From Octopus sinensis (Eukaryota): a stretch of DNA of 64,000 bases. How positions within the stretch are numbered: the first letter of the stretch is position 1; each line of letters begins with the position of its first letter. The notes below the pieces were generated by a model that saw only the letters and a list, made by a program, of their open reading frames with translations, ran no database searches and was not told where the DNA came from. The stretch covers positions 34,298,464-34,362,463 of the forward strand of contig NC_043011.1 in the NCBI RefSeq assembly GCF_006345805.1, in the 5' to 3' direction. A program made the translations under genes and the position numbers. This document shows, piece by piece, positions 57,031-64,000 of this stretch.

Positions 57031-57093
57031 TGGGATCTGACGATACACCATAAAGCTAAACCCTTTATGGACGGGAAACCTAAGGTAATCCTA
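57031..57093 (+). ncRNA. Hammerhead-like motif (right palindrome arm)
   Basis: TGGGAT-CTGACGA-TACA-CCATAAAG-CTAAACC-CTTTATGG-ACGG-GAAA-CC-TAA-GG-TA/ATCCTA; core and stems I and III pair, base of stem II does not. Confidence 0.55.
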
Positions 57094-57360
57094 TAAACCG
57101 GCTTTCCCCATTTTTAATACACACACGCGTACACACACAGACACACACATAATTTAAAGTAATAATAGTTATAACTTTTTTAAAACCCGAGTTTCGGAAT
57201 AAATATCAATACATTAGTAATCGCCACATCAAAGTGACTGTTCCTTGTCTCTAGTTTAACCCCAGGCAGATCTTCCACCAGCTGGTTATCGGCGCAGCCT
57301 GCACCTTGTGCATACATATATATTGCTAGCAGGGGAGCGAACCCCTAGCAGACAACAGGA

Positions 57361-57407
57361 TCGCGAGACTGACTGTGTCGAGCTAGTTGGCTTATCTTCA
57401 GTCGCGA
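57361..57407 (-). ncRNA. Hammerhead motif, core mutated (GACA for GAAA)
   Basis: TCGCGA-CTGAAGA-T-AAGC-CAACTA-GCTC-GACA-CAGTCA-GTC/TCGCGA; 6-bp stem I. Confidence 0.55.
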
Positions 57408-57532
57408 GCACCTGGTCGTCAGACAGTCTGAGTTCACTCCAGCCAGTAATATACTTTAAACAAAGCTACCACTGGTCACTGATTTGCAACAAGCAAAGCA
57501 ACTAGTTGTAAAATCTCAAGAAGAGAGATTTT

Positions 57533-57750
57533 AGGCATAGGAGTGGCTGTGTGATAAGTAGCTTGCTTACGAACCACATGGTTCCGGGTTCAGTCCCACT
57601 GCGTGGCCCTTGGGCAAGTGTCTTCTACTATAGCCTCGGGCCAACCAAAGCCGTGTGAGTGGACTTGGTAGACGGACACTGAAGGAAGCCCGTCGTATAT
57701 ATGTATATATATATATATATATGTTTATATATATATGTTATATATATGTT

Positions 57751-57782
<32 letters not shown>

Positions 57783-57863
57783 AATATATATATAATATAT
57801 GTTTATATATATATATGTTTATATATATATATATGTTTATATATATAATATGTTTATATATTA

Positions 57864-57910
<47 letters not shown>

Positions 57911-58165
57911 TGTATGTATGTATGTATGTATGTATGTATGTGTGTATGTGTTTGTGTGTCTGTGTTTATCCCTCCCCCAACATCGCTTGACAACCGATGC
58001 TGGTGTGTTTACGTCACCGTAACTAAGCGGTTCGGCAAAAGATACCGATAGAATAAGTACTAGGCTTACAAAGAATAAGTCCTGGGGTCGATTTGCTCGA
58101 CTAAAGGCGGTGCTCCAGCATGGCCACAGTCAAATGACTGAAACAAGTAAAAGAGTAAAGAGTAA
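57533..58165 (+). mobile_element. SINE family 1 with expanded internal (TA)n, inserted in the fold-back arm
   Basis: Full-length; AGAGAT at 57524-57529 and 58165-58170 is a probable TSD. Confidence 0.9.
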
Positions 58166-58327
58166 GAGATCAGAGAAGTAACTATACTTAACTGGTTAGT
58201 ATAGTTACTACTCTGATCTATTCTTGAAGTTTTACAACTAGCTATTTTGCTTATTGCAAATCAGTGATCGATGGTCGCTTTGTTTGCAGTATATTGCTGG
58301 CTGGGGCGAACTCTGGCTATCTGTCTG

Positions 58328-58372
58328 GCGACTGAAGATGAGTCATCTACTTCGAAATTGAGTCAGTCTCGC
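58328..58372 (+). ncRNA. Type I minimal hammerhead motif, intact core
   Basis: GCGA-CTGAAGA-T-GAGT-CATCT-ACTTC-GAAA-TTGAGTCA-GTC/TCGC; near-palindromic TGAGTCA in stem III; predicted cut after 58368. Confidence 0.7.
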
Positions 58373-58536
58373 GATCCTGTTGTCTGTTAGGGGTGGTTGG
58401 GATTCGTTCCCCTACTAGCAATATCTTTTTTTAATAATTTTGATATATATTTAAAATAACATAAATTTATTAATCTTATGTATTGGCTTAAATTTTTCAT
58501 TGTATGATTTGCCTAATAGTGGTTTTATCTCTAATT

Positions 58537-58606
<70 letters not shown>

Positions 58607-58701
58607 CGGGAACTTTATGAAAATAACACAAAGACGAAGGCAGGTGGAATACAAACAAACAATTGTATTAGTATGGCGCTCAGGAATATAAATAAAACAA
58701 G

Positions 58702-58739
58702 TCTTTTACGTTTCGAGCCTATGCTCTTCAACAGAAAGA
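58702..58739 (-). ncRNA. Minimal hammerhead motif with variant core CTGTTGA
   Basis: TCTTT-CTGTTGA-A-GAGC-ATAG-GCTC-GAAA-C-GTA/AAAGA; perfect stems I and II, palindromic ACGT stem III. Confidence 0.65.
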
Positions 58740-58771
58740 TACTATATATATATATTATATATATGTGTGTT

Positions 58772-58810
<39 letters not shown>

Positions 58811-59634
58811 AGGGTGCAGGCTGCACCGATAACCAGCTGGCGGAAGATCTGCCCGAGGTTAAACTAGTAGTAACTTGGAACAGCCACTTTGATGTGGCGT
58901 TTAACTTTACTGGTTAGTATAGTTACTACCCTGATCTTTTCTTGAGATTTTACAACTATCTCTTAATAAATGTCACCAAACCAACATTGGTTGTTTACGA
59001 CGGGCTTCCACACAGTTTTCGTCTACCAAATTTACTCACAAGGTATCGGCCGGTCCGTTTCTATAGTAGAAGACAGTTACCCAAGGTGCCGGCCTGTTCA
59101 GTCGGAACCAGGAACCACGCGGCTATAAAGTGTTCTTCTTAACCACAAAACTATGCTTGCAGGACTGTTTTATCTAGGGTGTTCGTTTTTTTTTTTAAGA
59201 TCCCCCCACCTCTCTCTCTCTCTCTCTCTCGCTCGCGTGTATGTGAGGAAACTGAGACGGATTTGGCTTACTTGTCTCCTAGCAAATCGGAAGACAACCG
59301 ACCATGTACAGGCCTCCCACGTTGGCCTGTTGCCTTTCGTTGTTGTCAGAGAAGTATAAAAAATAAACTGGCGACGGCTGCCATTGTATAATGACGACGA
59401 TGAAACATGAATCATACAAACGAATAAACAATGAAAGGAAGAGACAAATACATACAACGACGAAGAAATTGAAGCTCTACTAATGAGTTATGGATTGTTA
59501 TATGATCTATCGGTCATCCGGGTGGGTAAATGTATCAGACAAGAGAAAGAACAGGGAATACATTACAATCTGGTCAAGTTTCAACTATTGATTGTCATTG
59601 TTAAAGAAAAGAAAACAAGGAGAGAAAAACGAAT

Positions 59635-60048
59635 TACTCTTTTACTCTTTTACTTGTTTCAGTCATTTTGACTGCGGCCATGCTGGAGCACCGCCTTTTA
59701 GTCGAGCAACTCGACCCCGGGACTCATTCTTTTTGTAAGCCCAGTACTTATTCTATCGGTCTCTTTTTGCCGAACCGCTAAGTGACGGGAACGTAAACAC
59801 ACCAGCATCGGCTGTCAAGCAATGCTAGGGGAACAAACACAGACACACAAACACACACACATACATATATATATATACATATATACGACAGGCTTCTTTC
59901 AGTTTCCGTCTACCAAATCCACTCACAAGGCATTGGTCGGCCCGGGGCTATAGCAGAAAACACTTGCCCAAGATGCCACGCAGTGGGACTGAACCCGGAA
60001 CCATGTGGTTGGTTAGCAAGCTACTTACCACACAGCCACTCCTGCGCC
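59635..60048 (-). mobile_element. SINE family 1
   Basis: Full-length match. Confidence 0.9.
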
Positions 60049-60099
60049 TATAACAATAAGAATTTAAAAAAGATGTCGATGTTAAGAATGAAAAGTAAA

Positions 60100-60206
60100 A
60101 CAAAAGCACACTCATACATTCACATACATAGATACACATACAAACACATGCACGTACAGAAACCAATGCAAGTAGGCGCGCACACACACACACACTCACA
60201 CACACA

Positions 60207-60266
<60 letters not shown>

Positions 60267-60698
60267 ACACAGTGCAAAGACGCTCACACACATACGTGCG
60301 AACACTCATACAGAACAGACGACACATATACACCAGCGCGCGCATATACACACTAGCGGCGTAGCTAGAGTGTGTGCCACCCGGGGAGATCTCTTGAGTT
60401 TGACAGCCCCACCCCCAACACAATGAGGATGGGGTATGAGCCTTGGCTTGCACAGCAGACTCAAAAGTGCCTCCACCTTAAAAGTGACGCCCACCCCTAC
60501 ACCCCTACCTACCTACGTTACTCTCTCTCACACACACACACCTAAAGACATACACAGAAAAACACACATACACACACACACACACTCAAAGACATGCACA
60601 CATGCACCTACATATATGCACACATGAATACATACGCATACGGAGATATACATAAACACACATACCTAAAGACATACGCATACAGAGGAGACAGATAT

Positions 60699-60730
<32 letters not shown>

Positions 60731-61290
60731 CGAAAGACGTACGCAGAGGACACACAAAGACATACGCATACAGAAGATAGACATACATACATACATAATC
60801 GCACGCACATACAACTATAAACATGCGCATACAAAAACGCGTGCGTATACAACACGCACACACACAGAAAAACAAACACATACACACACACCCAAAAACA
60901 TGCACACATATACCTACATATACACACACATGGATACAGAGACATACACAAACACACACATACCTAAAGACATACGCATACAGAGGAGACACATATGCAC
61001 ATACACACACACCTAAAGACGTACGTAGTGGACACACATGCACACACACACACACACACACACACACCACACACAAAGACATACGCATACAGAGGTCACA
61101 CATATGCCCCCCCCCACACACACACACCTTAAGACCTACGCATACAGAAGATAAACATACATATATACATACATAATCACACACACATACACCTATAAAC
61201 ATGCGCATACAAAAAACGCGTGCGTATACAACACAATACACACACACACACACGCACGCACACACACATACACACACACACTTAGGCAGC
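60100..61290. repeat. CA-rich tract with a recurring CCTAAAGACATACGCATACAGAGG motif
   Basis: Motif variants near 60541, 60665, 60963, 61012 and 61075; 60770-60860 is repeated near 61140-61230. Confidence 0.8.
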
Positions 61291-61388
61291 TATATACATT
61301 AGACGCAATGCCATACACTTAGTAAAGACCAATACAAATTACTACAACACCAACAATAGCGGCAGCGACAACAGAAGCACGTAAAAAA

Positions 61389-61419
<31 letters not shown>

Positions 61420-61566
61420 AAGATGATTTGTGTTTGGTTTCTATGACAACACAAAGTTAAACGGAAGTTGGTCAGATGAGGTTTCTTACTGTCATGAAAA
61501 CTAACAAGAGAAGCTTGACAGCAAATATATTGGCTGACCTCGTTGACACGTTGTGATGTGATGTGA

Positions 61567-61600
<34 letters not shown>

Positions 61601-62017
61601 TGTGTGTGTGCGCGCGCGCGTGTGTGTTTATATGCGTGTGTATAGATACGTATCCGTGTATATGTGCGCGTCTCTGATAACGTGTGATTGTATGTGTGTA
61701 TGCACGTGTGTTTGCGTATGTGTATGTCTCACAGCGCGCGCGTGTGTGTGTGTACGTGTGTAGTGTGTGTACGTGTGTAGAGTGTGTACGAGTGCATGTG
61801 TGTATTTATGCGTATTTGATGTGTACGTACGAGTGTCTCAGTACGTATGTGTGTCTGTGTGTATGTGCGTGTTTGCATGTGGTTGTGTGCAGTGGCCCGG
61901 GAACGAAATTTACTTGGACGTGGGGTGCAAACTCACGTCCAATTTTTTTTTTTTTATAAACAAGACCGATTTATTTCCAATCTTAATCTGAAAACAAACA
62001 TATGATAATAAGTTTTA

Positions 62018-62354
62018 TTAAAGGGTAAAGACCCCCTTCGGTCATGAATGACCATGGGATTGCACCTAGAAAGTTACCCTCCTAGACACAAGTCCGGGCA
62101 CGGTTGTTTATGTAAAAACCAGCAGTCGCCCATGCATACCAGCCTCCCCTCTCCACGCCACCAGTGTTATCCAAGGGAAAGACAAAGGTCGATACAGCTT
62201 GGCACCAGTGACGTCGCAACTCATTTCTACAGCTGAGTGAACTGGAGCAACGTGAAATAAAGTGCCTTGCTCAAGAACACAACACGCAGCCCGGTCCGGG
62301 ATTCGAGCTCACAACCTCACGATCGTAAGCTCGACGCTCTAACCACTGAGCCAT
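62018..62354 (-). mobile_element. tRNA-derived SINE family 4 (CORE-like)
   Basis: Minus strand: ATGGCTCAGTGGTTAGAGCG..GCTCGAATCCCGG head, then GTGTTCTTGAGCAAGGCACTT..GCTCCAGTTCACTCAGCTG; stem-loop near the 3' end. Confidence 0.8.
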
Positions 62355-62394
62355 ACATGGAAAAGTAATGTTTCAAATCATTTCAAAAATTTTT

Positions 62395-62824
62395 CTATAC
62401 TCTTTTTCTCTTTTACTTGTTTCAGTCATTTGACGGCGGCCATGCTGGAGCACCACCTTTAGTCGAGAAAATCGACCCCGGGACTTATTCTTTGTAAGCC
62501 CAGTACTTATTCTATCGGTCTCTTTTTGCCGAACCGCTAAGTGACGGGGACGTAAACACACCAGCATCGCTTGTCAAGCAATGCTAGGGGGACAAACACA
62601 GGCACACAAACATATACACACACACTTATATATATATATATATATACATATATACGATAGGCTTCTTTCAGTTTCCGTCTACCAAATCCACTCACAAGGC
62701 ATTGGTCGGCCCGGGGCTATAGCAGAAGACACTTGCCCAAGATGCCACGCAGTGGGACTGAACCCGGAACCATGTGGTTGGTTAGCTAGCTACTTACCAC
62801 ACAGCCACTCCTGCGCCTATACTC
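62395..62824 (-). mobile_element. SINE family 1 with 8-bp TSD
   Basis: CTATACTC at 62395-62402 and 62817-62824. Confidence 0.93.
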
Positions 62825-63010
62825 GTTCGCTTTGGCGATGAAGTTTTCCAAGAGGATATCCAAAGTGTTTTCATTGCACGAGTCTTTATGTTCATACATT
62901 ACAACGCAGTGTGGTACGAAGTCAAGTCTTCAAACGGCGAAGTGTATTGAACATTCTCTCGCTTTGATGCAACAGACACAGTCTTGCAACACAACGGCGG
63001 CTCTTCATGG
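62825..63010 (-). pseudogene. hAT transposase C-terminal dimerisation-domain remnant
   Basis: TVSVAS-(frameshift)-SERMFNTLRRLKT*LRTTL resembles the hAT PVSVAS-ERSFS-LRRLKTWLRSTM motif; C-terminus ..ENFIAKANEYRKIFEMI* continues across the SINE TSD. Confidence 0.7.
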
Positions 63011-63249
63011 TGGAATTTAATAGGTCATCAGTTGTTCTAGTATTGAAGAGTGACTTCTAATGCTGATCTTGTTGTTGCTATTGTTTAGTTGTAGTAAGGG
63101 CGGTAGAATATGATGACAGTGATGATGATGGGTCACTTGTGGTATTCTGAGGAAACGAGGAGGAGGATAGCTGAACTGTGAAGGGCTCTTTATTGTGGAG
63201 TTTAATAGTTCATCAATTGGTTGTTGCAGTTGTTGTTATATATTACATA

Positions 63250-63637
63250 CGTGGAGGCGCAATGGCCCAGTGGTTAGGGCAGCGGACTCGCGGTCATAGG
63301 ATCGCGGTTTCGATTCCCAGACCGGGCGTTGTGAGTGTTTATTGAGCGAAAACACCTAAAAGCTCCACGAGGCTCCGGCAGGGGATGGTGGTGATCCCTG
63401 CTGTACTCTTTCACCACAACTTTCTCTCACTCTTACTTCCTGTTTCTGTTGTACCTGTATTTCAAGGGGCCTGCCTTGTCACTCTCTGTGTCACGCTGAA
63501 TATCCCCGAGAACTATGTTAAGGGTGCACGTGTCTGTGGAGTGCTCAGCCACTTACACGTTAATTTCACGAGCAGGCTGTTCCGTTGATTCGGATCAACC
63601 GGAACCCTCATCATCGTAACCGACGGAGTGCTTCCAC
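63250..63637 (+). mobile_element. SINE family 3 (OR-like), full length with TSD
   Basis: tRNA-like head TGGCCCAGTGGTTAGG..GGTTTCGATTCCC; TSD ATATATTACATA at 63238-63249 and 63638-63649. Confidence 0.92.
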
Positions 63638-63714
63638 ATATATTACATAGATACGACAGATCTAAATAGACATTATGCATTCAAATTATTTATTAATTAT
63701 TATAATATGAAAAT

Positions 63715-64000
63715 CTAATATTTTGTAGACACGCCCTTTGTACTTTTACGATGCAAGGATCCCGTGAGGCATGCTCCTGATCAGATAACGAATATTCTCT
63801 TGAGGAATTTCTTGCCAAGTTTCATGCAGTAATCTCAAAAGATCTGGCTTTGGGGATGCTTTCTTGTTCTTTTGCGAAGTGTCTTGTCCATTATGCCCCA
63901 GAGATGTTTAAATAGAATTTATATCTGGCTACTGTCTTGGCCGTGGAAACTTTTTAACGTCATTCTCTTCCAACCAATCTAAAGTCTTTTTAACCGGGTG
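63715..64000 (-). pseudogene. Tc1 transposase C-terminal remnant (runs off window)
   Basis: WLEENDVKKFPRPRQ*PDINSI / HLWGIM / LHETWQEIPQENIRYLIRSMP match Tc1 WP.QSPDLNPIE.LW and W..IP..I..LI.SMP motifs. Confidence 0.85.

Larger units (their letters stand above)
56890..57119. repeat. Imperfect ~100-bp-arm palindrome, each arm carrying a hammerhead-like motif
   Basis: Arms 56890-56989 / 57012-57119; the left arm lacks ACACCAT-region bases. Confidence 0.85.
57220..58960. mobile_element. Fold-back of a ~350-bp hammerhead-bearing monomer (Penelope pLTR / retrozyme-like), interrupted by a SINE and a second hammerhead cassette
   Basis: Left arm 57222-57529 (-) mirrors 58195-58424 plus 58807-58899 (+); hairpin centre at 58193-58194; monomer start repeats directly at 58909. 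Confidence 0.75.

Noticed and set aside
63250-63330. tRNA gene
   Set aside because: It is the head of a TSD-flanked SINE; the same applies to the other A/B-box motifs in the window.

Overview
Repeat-saturated, AT-rich eukaryotic non-coding DNA. The SINE/MITE families and the (TA)n/(CA)n landscape are most consistent with an octopus (coleoid cephalopod) genome; this is an inference. No intact host gene can be supported, and almost all listed ORFs are microsatellite or SINE translations. The window holds several tRNA-derived SINE families, decayed Merlin, mariner, Tc1 and hAT transposase remnants, RTE-like and Helitron-like remnants, and Merlin-type MITEs (GG..CC ends, 8-bp TSDs, internal TTAGGG). 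It also has an almost homogeneous 16 x 82-bp array, recent tandem duplications and long DNA palindromes. The most striking feature is a cluster of seven type I hammerhead-ribozyme-like motifs from about four families in 56.1-58.7 kb, plus an eighth at 10.6 kb. Two pairs sit in fold-back structures and one belongs to a ~350-bp tandem-type monomer, which suggests Penelope pseudo-LTRs or non-LTR retrozymes. A second highlight is a circularly permuted 915-bp segment between two facing MITE ends (23.7-24.6 kb), a possible fossil of reversed-end transposition. All coordinates and alignments were read by eye.
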